The position numbers and the translations under genes were made by a program. This document shows positions 52,381 through 63,994 of a stretch of DNA of 64,000 nucleotides, piece by piece. Within the stretch, counting starts at the first letter, position 1. Each line of letters opens with the position of its first letter. The stretch is from Phoronis australis (lineage: Eukaryota; Animalia; Phoronida), in NCBI GenBank assembly GCA_002633005.1, contig NMRA01000615.1:62001-126000 (forward strand), given 5' to 3'. Under the pieces are notes generated by a model that searched no databases, was not told the DNA's origin, and worked only from the letters and a program-made list of their open reading frames with translations.

Positions 52381-52997
52381 TATTTCTGGAAGTATGAATC
52401 AAATAAGAGAGTGACAAGTGACCATATATTTTTAATTCTTAGTCGCTTAAAGCAAAATTCATTTACCCGCCCAAAACATAAGTTGACGCTAATGTTGTCT
52501 TCCTGTTGAAGACCTTGACCTAGTTTGCAAACTTTTTCCTTCCTACCAATGAACTGCATTTATATAGTTACTGGGATACTGTCCTGTACCTTCAAGGTTT
52601 TATTTCTTTTAATGTTGTCCGAAGGCACACGCTATGGGCCATTGCTGTTGGAATTCTATAATTGTCAGTGAAGTTTGAAGCAGCAAACCCTGGTACAAAA
52701 ATTGATACCCAGTATCTTAGTGCCTCATTTTGAATCTGATTGAATTTGTGACATTCTGCCATCTTTTTTAACATTTTCGGTCAATGGCTCAAACTTTGCA
52801 CACCACCAATGAAAGTGTGTACCATGTTAGGATAACCAATGTGAAGGTTAATTTTTGTGCATCTGGTAATTTTGAAAGTTCTGACGTTTAGAAGGTATTG
52901 GTAGTGTATGTAAACAAAATGTTAAGCAAAAGAAATAATTGTTTGTCACTTCTCTTAATGCTATTATATCATTCTGATTTTTTTGATTTTGTTAAAG

Positions 52998-53102
52998 CAT
53001 TTGACAGTGTGGACAGCATATTGTACTGGAGTGACAACACCGACCATCATGTGTGGTCGAGCAGCCTTGATGGAACAGACAGAAAGCGTGTCCTGAGTCA
53101 AG
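52998..53102 (+). CDS. LRP-like exon 4: YWTD blade (AFDSVDSILYWSDNTDHHVWSSSLDGTDRKRVLSQ)
   Basis: AAG acceptor after a T-rich tract, LYWSD and LDG motifs, donor GTGGGT, phase 1-1. Confidence 0.92.
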
Positions 53103-54201
53103 GTGGGTTTTGAAATGCACATCTAAACAGATTCACTTGGCAGTTGTCATTTGCACTTAATACAGATGAGGTTCTCTTTTATTATGTTTGTTTGAAAATA
53201 GTTCTATATACATAGTAAGAATGCAGCATGTTATTTTGTTTTATTGAAGACCGAAATGGGGAGACATCTGGATAGCACTCTTTGCAATGTAGGCATTTAC
53301 AACTTGTTAATAGAGCTATCCGACAAGAAGGACGGGAAGTTTTTCAAAGCACAAATCTGAGTTCGTTGGCTAACTGGTGGACTAAACAGTCTTCACAAAT
53401 TGCATCAGTCCCAGATTCTAGCCGTGCCTGGGATCAGAATTTTTGGGACTAATATGATTATTACATTGGTCATTTGGTGTGACGGGGTATAGCTCTGTAG
53501 GGAATCTACTCTGCGCTAGTCAACAGAATTTTGAGTGGTGGATTGCCCAATGACACTCTGTTCATATACACAATTCTGTTAATTTCTGTAAAATGCCTAA
53601 TCATTTCTTTTCTTTATTGACAACCTTCCTGCAGCCAATTTCGATTCTAACCAATGTCCTTGTTCAAGAATTGAAACTGAAGTCTCCAGATTTCCACAGT
53701 TAAACAATTATGCCTTAAGCTCAAATATTTTATCCGCTAACTTCCTGGTTGGACAGAATGGCATCGGCTTGAGCAAGGGTAGTATTCTGCAGAAGAATTC
53801 TCAAAGTGAGGTATTGTAGTATTGTATTGCATAGTGCGCTATAACATGACATTACTAGAGTGGGTGTACAAACTTGCTTTCCGTCACAAAAACAATAATT
53901 TGATTTAGACTGCTCATCGTGACATTATAAACTTGGTCTGAAATTGCTTCTTAGTTAAAATAGATTCTTACAGCATGAGACCTGGCTCTTCAAGATGGCT
54001 TCCTACATGGTCGTATAATGTACCGGCCATAGTCTCAACACGTAACAAACTCGCTTAAAGAGGTCTTTATGTGAACGAAAACCATTCTCATCACGTTTAG
54101 ACTAAATTTATACTAGTAAGCGGTCGAAATGGAAATTCATAGTTTTTTCATCGGAAATTTGGTTTCCAGCTGCTTCAACTCACCTTCTCCAAAAAGCATG
54201 A

Positions 54202-55185
54202 CAGCGTTTTCCCGTTCAGTGACTTTACCAGATGAAGGGGGTGCTAAGCATGTGATAACATCTAGCTTCTTTGTTAACTGGCTAGCACATTCTTTTGTCT
54301 GTTACGACAACAAGCAGTTTGTCTGTTACAACGACAAGAAGGCCAATCATCTACCAGGCTTATTCAGGGCTTGGAATTTTCAGCGGAAACGCGGATTTCC
54401 GCTTTTTTGAAATGTGCTTTCCGCTTTTTTTATAATATTTCCGCGTAAAAAAATCGGATTTGATATGAAATTTCCGCGGCAAATTCCTTTCTTACCGCGG
54501 CGTTGCAGACGACGTTCACCTCGGAAAGCGGAAGTCTTTATGTTTCGGAGGAACGTAAATTGTCAACATTGGCGGGGCATCTGGGTAAAGCGTGGTCTGA
54601 TTTTCAATGGCGGCTCGTGTTATTGTTAAGCGCGGCGACAAATATTACCGCTCAGCAGCCAAATTTGTGTGGGTTGGGAGTGGACGGGCGAGCGAAAAGG
54701 ACGCAGACGCATGCTACTGATGGTGGTAATGCTTTTTTTTTAGTCCTCCCGATTTTTGTCGCGGAAAGGTTCACATTGACCATTTTAAAGGCTGGTTATC
54801 GGGCATGATTTGGGCCGTAAAAGTTTCCGCGTTTTTTGTCATTGGTCATTCCAAGCCCTGCTTATTACAGACCACATGTGAACACAGTCAAACTCCGAGA
54901 GAATTGGTGTATTCAGAAAGAATAGATTGTCGTAACTTCGGTTGCAGTTGGGCGATTTTGGCAATTCAAAAACTAAACAAAATTCCGAAATGCTATTGGT
55001 TTGTGTTCAATTATGTTAGAACTTAACCTTTATTTTAATCAGCACAACCCAGTCAGGGTAGATATGATCTTATTGGAGATTAGAGCAATTATCGAACAAG
55101 GAGAAAGCTGGCCCTCCAACCGTAAATGCCAGAATGGAGTTAATCAGTTGTGTAAAATATTGGCTACGGGGGTAAACTTCCCAAC
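54202..55185 (+). repeat. Interspersed repeat, copy 2, interrupted by a TIR element
   Basis: Colinear with 24090-24586 on both sides of the 54365-54860 insertion. Confidence 0.9.
54365..54860. mobile_element. 496-bp MITE, perfect 13-bp TIR, 6-bp TSD CTTATT (hAT6-like)
   Basis: CAGGGCTTGGAAT ... ATTCCAAGCCCTG; CTTATT at 54359-54364 and 54861-54866. Confidence 0.88.
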
Positions 55186-55326
55186 ACCATAATGGCATGA
55201 TTGTTTTCAGTAGTATATGCTCAAGGTGATGTAATTGGTTTGACCAAGAAAAATAAACTTCGTGAATTCTTATTGAGGATGTAGCTGCTCAGAACACTGG
55301 AAGGATTTATTTGATTTTGTTGTCAG

Positions 55327-55498
55327 GATTGGGCTCACCAGAGGGCCTTGACATAGACTGGATATCGCGCAACTTGTACTTTGTTGATGCTCAGCGAGCA
55401 CACATTGGCGTGTGTAAACTGGACCGAGGAATGTGTGCCGTGATCGTGGATCTGGGACTTCACAAGCCACGTGGTCTTGCCCTGGATCCAATACAAAG
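55327..55498 (+). CDS. LRP-like exon 5: YWTD blade (GLGSPEGLDIDWISRNLYFVD...PRGLALDPIQR)
   Basis: TGTCAG acceptor; PEGLxxDW, NLYFVD and PRGLALDP LDLR class B motifs; donor AG|GTTTGT, phase 1-2. Confidence 0.95.
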
Positions 55499-55932
55499 GT
55501 TTGTGGTAGAATTGTCGGGAGGTGATGTTTTGTTTTATTTTTTAATGTGTTCATGACCAGGAATATGTTCCATGACAATTCTTGGAGTGACTCGAAATCT
55601 TGACGTAGGAGAGGTTGAGTATTTTTAATACTGTGCTCATAATTCAACACTGTGTTATTTTCACTTCCTGTGGTGGCCATTTTCCTAGTACTAGTGCTAC
55701 AAAAGTCAAGCTAGGTCGCATGCTTAAAGCGGCAAACCTTTGATTTAGTTCTCTTACAACTGTAAAATTTATCTCAACTTTTCTCAGGTGAGAAAGGACT
55801 CCTGAGTTTGCCAATACAGACTGCATTATGCTCAGTGTTTCGGCTAATGTTTGGTGTGGAATCCTTTGTTTTGTTTTCTACCATGATGAGTTAGCATTCT
55901 TGATAGAAAATTAATGCAACACGGATGTACTA

Positions 55933-56224
55933 TGTTAAGTTCTGTGATTGGACTGTTTTAAGTTCAGTGATTGGACTGTGTTAAGTTCAGTGATTGGACT
56001 GTGTTAAGTTCAGGGATTGGACTGTGTTAGTTCAGTGATTGGACTGTGTTAAGTTCAGTGATTGGACTGTGTTAAGTTCAGTGATTGTACTGTGCTAAGT
56101 TCAGTGATTGGACTGTGTTAAGTTAGTGATTGGACTGTGTTAAGTTCAGTGATTGGACTGTGTTAAGTTCAGTGATTGGACTGTGTTAAGTTCAGTGATT
56201 GGACTGTGTTAAGTTCAGTGATTG
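55933..56224. repeat. 23-bp minisatellite (TTAAGTTCAGTGATTGGACTGTG) x ~12.5, intron 5
   Basis: Directly visible and highly homogeneous. Confidence 0.97.
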
Positions 56225-56767
56225 CTCCACTATTACTAGATGAATTTGTTTAGATTTGTTCGGCCTTCTTAACACTGTCTTGGACTTTTAAGACATGCTG
56301 GTTGTGAGAAACTATGACTGAATTGAGTTTAGAGTGGAACTTGCACGCTAATTCCTTATCTCGGTGTTAGCTTGATCAAATTAGTTAGAATTGCAACATG
56401 TAGCGATGGTATGAATATAAAGAAGGTTGAAAATTGCCAAATGCTTTTAAGAAACTCGTTCTGTGTGGAAAATGATCTGCCATGAATCACTCAACTGTAT
56501 CCAGTATAAGTATCGTGACGTGGTGTTGGGGAATAACACTGCATGATGCGGGCTATATGAACCTCCAAGGTACGTCGTTGGTGCAAAGGTCACCTGAACG
56601 AGTTGTCAGTGTATACAACTGCACTTTGTTTAGCATAAATGATGTTCATATAGCATTATCATTTTATTTCTGCTATACATTAGCATAGTCAGGAGCATGC
56701 AAATACATCTTTGTGCGCCTAACCTTGACTTTGTGTTTGTTATCCTTCATCTTGTTTCTTGTCGTAG

Positions 56768-56969
56768 GCGCATGTTCTGGAGTGACTGGGGAGACAATCC
56801 CAAAATTGAGTCTGCCTTTCTGGATGGCTCTCACCGGAGGACGCTAGTGAGTGACCGCATCGTTTGGCCCAATGGCGTGGCGTGTGACCACTGGCGACAA
56901 ACGGTGTATTGGGTGGACTCCAAGCTTGATCTTGTTGGGAGCGTGTCGTACAGTGGCGAGAATAGGAGG
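56768..56969 (+). CDS. LRP-like exon 6: two YWTD blades (MFWSDWG...WPNG...VYWVDSK)
   Basis: CGTAG acceptor, canonical class B motifs, donor GTAGGT, phase 2-0. Confidence 0.95.
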
Positions 56970-57496
56970 GTAGGTAGTCGTCCAGGGGTGCAAAGATATC
57001 TATGTGATGGATAAGGCTGTTTAATTAGACGTGCTCATGAGCAGAATTGTTTGCAGTGCAAAACTGGACATACTTGCTAAAATTTCATCAAACAGTGCCA
57101 AAATTTGGACTGTAATTATCTCGCGATGAGACGGAATGCGTCAAGATAAATAAACAGTGGACAGATCTTAAAAATTCCAGTAAATAGCCAGCCATAGTGT
57201 TGAAGTCGTGGGAAAAAATCAAAACCGAATTAAAAATACTGGGCCTCGCATTCTTATGAGGAAACTTCTTGAATGTGCAGAAACTTAATTCAAAAGCTGA
57301 AAAATTTTGTCTTAATCAATTTTTCAATAAAGTAATTGACTTCCATTGCTGCAGGCGGAAGTTTTTGATGGAAATTTTTGCATGCCTTTAAGCCTTCATT
57401 TGTTTCTAAGTTTCTAACTTCCTCTTTGACATCTGATAAATGTAAAATGAGGTCATATGCAAAGGTGTGTGATCATCTATCCTACTCTGTTTCCAG

Positions 57497-57689
57497 GAAT
57501 ATCTGAAGCATGAGGTCCATCACCCATTTTCTATCGCCATCTTTGAGGATTCCATGTTTGTCGTGGACCTGTCATCCTCCTGGGTCATGTCTGCCAACAA
57601 ACAGACAGGCGGTAACCTGACTTCTGTTGTCAGCCACGCAATTGATCCACACGCTGTCATTATTGTACATCCAGCGCTACAGTCTATTC
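57497..57689 (+). CDS. LRP-like exon 7: last blade of propeller 1 (HPFSIAIFEDSMFVVD...ANKQTGGN...VHPALQ)
   Basis: TTCCAG acceptor, HPF-x-I-x-I-FED and ANK-x-TG motifs, donor GTACGT, phase 0-1. Not in the ORF track. Confidence 0.93.
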
Positions 57690-58893
57690 GTACGTAGAAA
57701 GTTTTTTAAAGTGCTATAATGTTCATTCATTTTGTCAAAAATTTGTGACTAATGGTAAGAATTGGTTTCGACTTGCTAATTAGAAGTGATTTCTTGTTGT
57801 GAGTGTGTGTTGACGGATTGTTTGTGGCTATAACCATGCCCACTACATTACGTTGACGCGCCTATCATTCTGTGCACGGATTCCTACAGGGTGAGAAATA
57901 TGCGGGTTCTGTTACTGACCACCAGATGGAGGTAGTAGACTCTGGAAATTTTGGTTAAATTGGTACTTGTTTGTTGAATTGCAATTTGCGTACCTTAGAA
58001 CTATTTTTCTATAGTGAAACTATTTGATAGAGAATGTTTGAATTCTACAAGGGATTGTTTTTTCTACCCCCATTGCATCATGTGGTCGCCAGGTGATGTC
58101 CTTCAGTTAACAGTGAGGAATTTCAAAGTTAGTGAGGAATTTCGAAATGAGTGAGGAATCTCCACATGGTAACGATAATTCTTGAAAAAGCACTTTAATG
58201 ACTGACGTCCTTGAAAGATACAATCGACCTTGAAATGAATTTTGTGTATTGACCTTGAAAAGTCTTGGTTTTGAACATTTTCTTTGTTGTTGTGCAAAAT
58301 TATTTTATTTAGACTTATTTTCAGTTTAATAATGAAACTGTCGATTAAGAATGCGTTTGTTTGAGAAATCTTAAACACTACAGTACTGAACATTTTGTAG
58401 ACATACAGTCGTGTGGATTTTGCGAGATGGTAGTACGTGCAAAAATGTTCTTGGGAAATCCTTGAATTTGGGATGTAAAGTAATTGAAATGTATTATTTT
58501 GAATTTGATAATTGGAAAAGAGTGGAAGTAATTGTCCAAGTGTGTCCTTGAAAAAAACTGTTGTTTTCTTTCCACCTTCCATCACACCTCAGAGATGTGA
58601 GCAATACAAGGGGGTGGGCAAATTATGTCTAATTATTTCCTCCACTTGTCATGGTTGGGGCATGCTCACTTTGGTTCCAAAAATGGAGAAATCATTTATC
58701 TGATTGATAATGTTCTGAGTCGAGCACATATTTTATGGTTGGTTACTGGACTCGAAACATCTAAACTTTTTGCCACTAATTTTTGTTTGTTTTTGAGTTA
58801 CTGTAAATGCTTATGAATCACATGAGTGTATTTGAAACAGTTGACGTGAACCATGACATATTTGCTTCAAATTCTATTGCCTTTACATTTCAG

Positions 58894-59010
58894 ATGAGAA
58901 CCCCTGTCAGTACCATTCCTGCAGTCACATTTGCTTGCCCTCGGCCGTCGGCATTGTCTGCAAGTGTCCAGTGGGCTTTACGCTGGACGCCGACGGAACA
59001 ACTTGCCGCG
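58894..59010 (+). CDS. LRP-like exon 8: EGF-like domain (NPCQYHSCSHICLPSAVGIVCKCPVGFTLDADGTTCR)
   Basis: TTTCAG acceptor, NPC...CSHIC...C-x-CP-x-G...DG-x-TC post-propeller EGF, donor GTGAGA, phase 1-1. Confidence 0.95.
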
Positions 59011-59746
59011 GTGAGACTGGATTCATGCACTGACACGTGACTTTTATTTACAATTCTTCGTACGCAAACTAGTGCACCTGTTGCATCTTAAGACATTCAC
59101 AAAAGAAATGAGAAAGCCTGGAGAATTTTTGACTCAATTTCATCAGTTGAATTTTTTGGCCTCACTTGTAGTTGTTGCCATAATTTTGAGGAAATTTCAC
59201 TAAAATTTCTTGAAACATTTTACCTGCCTTGTTTTTCTCCTTGCAATATTCGAATGCGTGTACGTTTCACCCAGAACATGTTGATTTTGTGAAATTGTGA
59301 ATTATGGTTGATCATAAAGCATGGTTTTGTTATTTTGTTATTTTTATTTTGTCTATTGTCATTTTGGAACTTGAGTGCTGCACTCACAACCAAAATGCAT
59401 ACATTAGGTCAATTGTCAGGTGTGACAAAAATTACAAAAAGTGATTATCATCGACCATTACAAGACTTCCAGATACCTGTGAGTGTCCTGAAAATTCTAA
59501 AGCCTGAAGATGGCCAGAGAAATGATTGACCGAAATGCCATGCCATTGTGACTTGGCTAGAGGCTGGTTTGAATAAATTTTTAGAAAAGTTGTTTGAAGC
59601 ACTGTTATACTGCTTGCCCTTCTACTAAGCGTGAATGGCACATGTCAATCAAGGTGGAGGAAATATCAGAAAAGCGTTATACTGGAACGGCACCTTATTG
59701 TACGTGTTTCTTTTAAATTAACATTTATTATGATAATGATTTTCAG

Positions 59747-59969
59747 ACGCAGTCACCTCCAACTATCTTCTTGTTGCCAGCGAACACAACTTGTTGAAGA
59801 TCTTCCCAGAATCTATTGGCAACCGACCCGACACGCTGTTCCAAAGTTTGCAAGTGGAGTGGATCAGCTCACTTGCGTTTGATTGGTCAACTAAGACTCT
59901 ATTCTATTCAGACCATGTTAAGAGGCAGGTTGTCAAGGCAGAACTCAGTGGAGCAAAATTGGTGAACAG
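59747..59969 (+). CDS. LRP-like exon 9: start of YWTD propeller 2 (YLLVAS...LAFDWSTKTLFYSD)
   Basis: TTTCAG acceptor, open frame, class B motif, donor AG|GTAACG, phase 1-2. Confidence 0.92.
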
Positions 59970-60193
59970 GTAACGGGTCATTGTCTTAACAGTCAGGGCT
60001 AAACAAATCGTGAAGAATACAAATTTGGTTTGAAAAATTGACTTGTATTACGTTAAAATGTTCCTCATCTTTTTTCTCAAGAATCCAAGTTCCAATAGTT
60101 TCACCTTTGTAAAGGTTTCTGTGTTGTACATTAAGATGTTGTTAGTAAATTGCTGTAGTTGTATGCGATGCATTGTAAACTGCAGTGTTACTG

Positions 60194-60747
60194 TTGGAGA
60201 TGTTATGGTAAGCAATATATCAGACAGTTTAAGCTATTGGAGATATGTTGCTAAGCAATATATTAGGCAGTGTAAGCTATTGGAGATGTGATGCTAAGCA
60301 TTATATCAGACAGTGTGAGCTATTGGAGATGTGATGCTAAGCATTATATCAGACAGTGTGAGCTATTGGAGATGTGATGCTAAGCATTATAGCAGACAGT
60401 GTAAGCTACTGGAGATGTGATGGTAAGCATCATATCAGACAGTGTGAGCTATTGGAGATGTGATGCTAAGCATTATATCAGACAGTGTGAGCTATTGGAG
60501 ATGTGATGCTAAGCATTATAGCAGACAGTGTAAGCTACTGGAGATGTGATGCTAAGCATCATATCAGACAGTGTGAGCTATTGGAGATGTGATGCTAAGC
60601 ATTATATCAGACAGTGTGAGCTAATAGAGATGTGATGCTAAGCATTATAGCAGACAGTGTAAGCTACTGGAGATGTGATGCTAAGCATCATATCAGACAG
60701 TGTAAGCTATTAGAGATGTGATGCTAAGCATTATAGCAGACAAGTGT
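60194..60747. repeat. 43-bp minisatellite x ~13 with a 129-bp higher-order trimer, intron 9
   Basis: Unit TTATATCAGACAGTGTGAGCTATTGGAGATGTGATGCTAAGCA; variants cycle A-B-C. Confidence 0.97.
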
Positions 60748-60785
60748 AGATATTTTTGGTGAGTGGTCTGTCTGTTCTGTTACAG

Positions 60786-60968
60786 TGATATGATCATCAG
60801 TGGTGAGGCAGAGTTCCTGGCCGTCGACTGGGTTGCTAAGAACCTTTACATGGCATCGTCCATAACAGGGCACATTTCCATCAGTAGATTTGATGGTGGG
60901 TCCCTGATGGTACTTCGACAATACGCTGGCTTCCGCCCTAGGGCCATCGCACTAAACCCTCCTAAGGG
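60786..60968 (+). CDS. LRP-like exon 10: YWTD blade (LAVDWVAKNLYMAS...PRAIALNPPKG)
   Basis: TTACAG acceptor, LAVDW-x-x-x-NLY and PRAIAL-x-P motifs, donor GTAAGG, phase 2-2. Confidence 0.93.
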
Positions 60969-61542
60969 GTAAGGACTATAAGTTTCGATTTTTTGGGAGA
61001 AAGCTGTTGCCAGATGTGATGTGATGAACTACGGTGGAATCTCATCAGTTTGGGACATGAGGGAAGTTTTATTGTCTCATTTTTTCTGTGAAGGACACGA
61101 AGCACCAAATTCTCGAAATTATTCGATTGATCAAACCAGCAATAAAATAGATGCCAAGAATACAATGTAGCATTTATCCAAGATATTATGTGACTATTTC
61201 TTGATTCTGCGTTGCTCTAAGTGGAATCGTAGATTACACAACTCCGATATTTTCTTGTGAAATATCGTAGAGGAGGCGTTGCCCTCTAGACATAGCAAAC
61301 TCGGCTTCTAGTTAGTGTATTGTGACGTAAACCTCTGCCATCTATTTTTAATCTTGTCTAGTACAGCAAAAAAAAATTTCGGCATTGAAACGCTGTTTAA
61401 GGACTTCGAACTGTAGAGTCCTTAAATTTTGAGCAGCACCTGCATGCATTAGAGCGTAATGAAATGTTGTGTAGGGTGTGTTGAAGTGCGAGATTGGTTT
61501 TTGAGTAGACCTGGTGGTTATTTGTGGAGTATTGATATGTGC

Positions 61543-61716
61543 TTTATTTACTATAAGAAGTTAACGTTTTCCGAGCGCTCAATTTATTTAAACACGGATG
61601 TTTATTTATTATAAGAAGTTACCGTTTTCCGAGCATTCAATTTATTTAAATATGGATGTTTATTTTTATAAGAAGTTAACATTTTCCGAACGTTCAATTA
61701 ATTTAAACACGGATGT
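61543..61716. repeat. ~58-bp tandem repeat x3, intron 10
   Basis: TTTATTT..TATAAGAAGTTA..TTTTCCGA..TCAATT.ATTTAAA.A.GGATG occurs three times. Confidence 0.92.
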
Positions 61717-61734
61717 GAGTTGGGCAAAATTGCC

Positions 61735-61908
61735 GATCCAAACCCTGACTGTATGACCATTAGCGGACACCGTACTTCCCGGAAGTAAAGCATACTATGT
61801 CTGGCAGGTGTCGCTGGTGAAGAATGACGTCACAGGTCATATGTAAGATTACAGATTTCGTCCACTGAAAATATACGGAGTTGGCGTTCCATGTATAATA
61901 GTCTATGG
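61735..61908 (-). mobile_element. Partial second copy of the CATAGAC-ended element at 9560
   Basis: The reverse complement shares CATAGACTAT...CGCCAACTCCGTATATTTTC..TGGACGAAATCTG and TTCCGG.AAGTACG..GTC.GCTAAT with 9560-9715. Confidence 0.75.
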
Positions 61909-62010
61909 TGGAATGTCCACGTGTCTAATCTTCACCAGCCATCGAGAATTCAATATTTTATCCGTGCCACTTAACTAAGGGTTATCTCCCATACCACATT
62001 CTACTTACAG

Positions 62011-62223
62011 CCAGTTGTTCTACACGGACATAGGAGACAACTCCCGAATCGATGCCTGTGGACTGGAAGTGAACAACTGCTACATCGTTGTTGACCGGCT
62101 AGGATGGCCCAATGCTTTGACCCTCGACACTGTTAGTGACCAGCTGTACTGGGTTGACTCCAAGTTCGAGACAGTGGAGACTGTTAATGTACACGGCCAG
62201 AGGCGCAAGACACTGAGTGCCAG
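62011..62223 (+). CDS. LRP-like exon 11: two YWTD blades (LFYTDIG...WPNALTLD...LYWVDSK)
   Basis: TTACAG acceptor, canonical motifs, donor AG|GTAAAA, phase 2-2. Confidence 0.95.
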
Positions 62224-63118
62224 GTAAAAAGTTGGAGTTGTAAGCTAACGGCGACAGCATGTCAGAGATCGATCGACCTCTAATCCCTGTCTTTCCGGGT
62301 CCTTTTTTCATAGTATCTGATGACAGTGTTTCCCAAAATTTGTGTTTTTAAGCTGTCATGAAATGGCAATCATTGGCTGATGACTCTTATCGCCACCTGC
62401 TGGCTCTGCCAGGAAGTAGTAGTATTTCTTTGCAGAGCTGGGCATAAGGGGATGTTATTTTCAACTGAAAGTACCGTTTTACTGGGTGCAGACACGAGGT
62501 ACTTTAAACGGATTCCGGAAGTAAATAGCCTCCCAGCCTCCAAGGTTGGTACAGAGCCTTGTGGCCATGTTGCTACTTGAAAGTCCTCCATTTGAGGTGA
62601 TGTAGGATGCAGCTCATGCCAATATTGTAACCAGCTTTGGTCTACATCACTCGCCTCGATAAGCCAAAGTTAGTGGCACTCCATGTTTGTGTAAACGAGA
62701 CGAAGTAGTTGAATGTAAATTTTATCCCGTAGGTTTTCAGTTTACGTGTAAACTGTATTCTAGTACTGTGTAAATAATGCACCTCTCCATCCTGTGATTT
62801 TATCCACTCCCAAGTAAAAAGTAAAAAGGTTCCAATGAATAGCTGATTAAGTGCCAATTTTGGCAAAATTTGATGCATTTTTGATTTTGTTAATTGAGCA
62901 TTTTGTCTTTGAATTACCTAATTCTTTTCAATGCAGACCTTGGACAATCTTCATTAAGACTACCGGTGTCGGCACTACAAAACTCTGACCAAGTATTTTT
63001 TTCACGTCATTGTAATTCTGTGCAGTCTTTGAGTATTCTGACTCTTGTTCTCCGTTTTTGGACTGATTGACAGATCTCTCGCATGTGTAAGAATAAGTTG
63101 TGTTGAATTCTCATTCAG

Positions 63119-63288
63119 AGCCATCCAACACTGCTTCAGCTTGGCCCTTCTTCACGACATGTTATACATCGCCGACTGGTTCAAGTCTCTCTCCATCCTG
63201 AATACCACAGGGGGATACCTACGGCCACTCCTGTCTGCCGATCGTAAGGTGTCTGGTGTTATTGCCATTTCAGCTCGGCAGCAAAATG
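63119..63288 (+). CDS. LRP-like exon 12: last blade of propeller 2 (HCFSLALLHDMLYIADW...ARQQN)
   Basis: ATTCAG acceptor, degenerate HPF/LYWTDW motif, donor GTAATT, phase 2-1. Confidence 0.88.
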
Positions 63289-63994
63289 GTAATTATGGAT
63301 TGTTGCACTTTGGGAGACAGAGTTATTTGATGTTCTGGAATTAGAGCATTGATGTTATGTATGACCCTAGAAAAATGTTCGAATTTGGCGAACTTTAGAC
63401 ATCATGTCTCAGAAATGGCTGTTCTGATTCATACGAAACATTCAGATACTAGGTTTTATGCACTGTTTTCTAATAAGTGCTTTTAGGATTGGTTTGAAAG
63501 TGTCCCTTTTTCGCAAGACAGGCTATCAAAAATAGGACTTGTTTATAAAATTACGATTATTAAAGAATCAAAATTTAAGTAAAATGAAAACAAATTAAGT
63601 TAGAAAACCAGCAACGTTTTGAGGTTTCACAATTATATGGAACGAAATTTGGTGATGTTATTGATGACATTTCACTATCAAGTAACCATGCACCTTTAAT
63701 TTCCCCTCGGCCGTCACCCTTAACCCTAATTCCTCTGAAATGGGTAGATAGACAGGTAAAATATGTTTTAAGGTTCAGTTCATTGTCAAGGCACTCTCAG
63801 TGTGTAGTCGCGTTGTTGTTGTTGTTGTTTTTTGAGAGATTGAAATTACCAAAGAACTGAGTTTTGAGGTGATGTGCATATTTTGCGATTGGTTGGACAA
63901 AGTGATAATTAATTTTTATTTTCACCGAATTCTCAACGGATTATTCAACCCATTTCCCTGTTGTCGATGGCATGTCTCCCTTTCCTGTTGGCAG

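Noticed and set aside
55933-56224. CRISPR-like array
   Set aside because: Units are head-to-tail with no unique spacers, in a eukaryotic intron with no cas genes. The same applies to 60194-60747.
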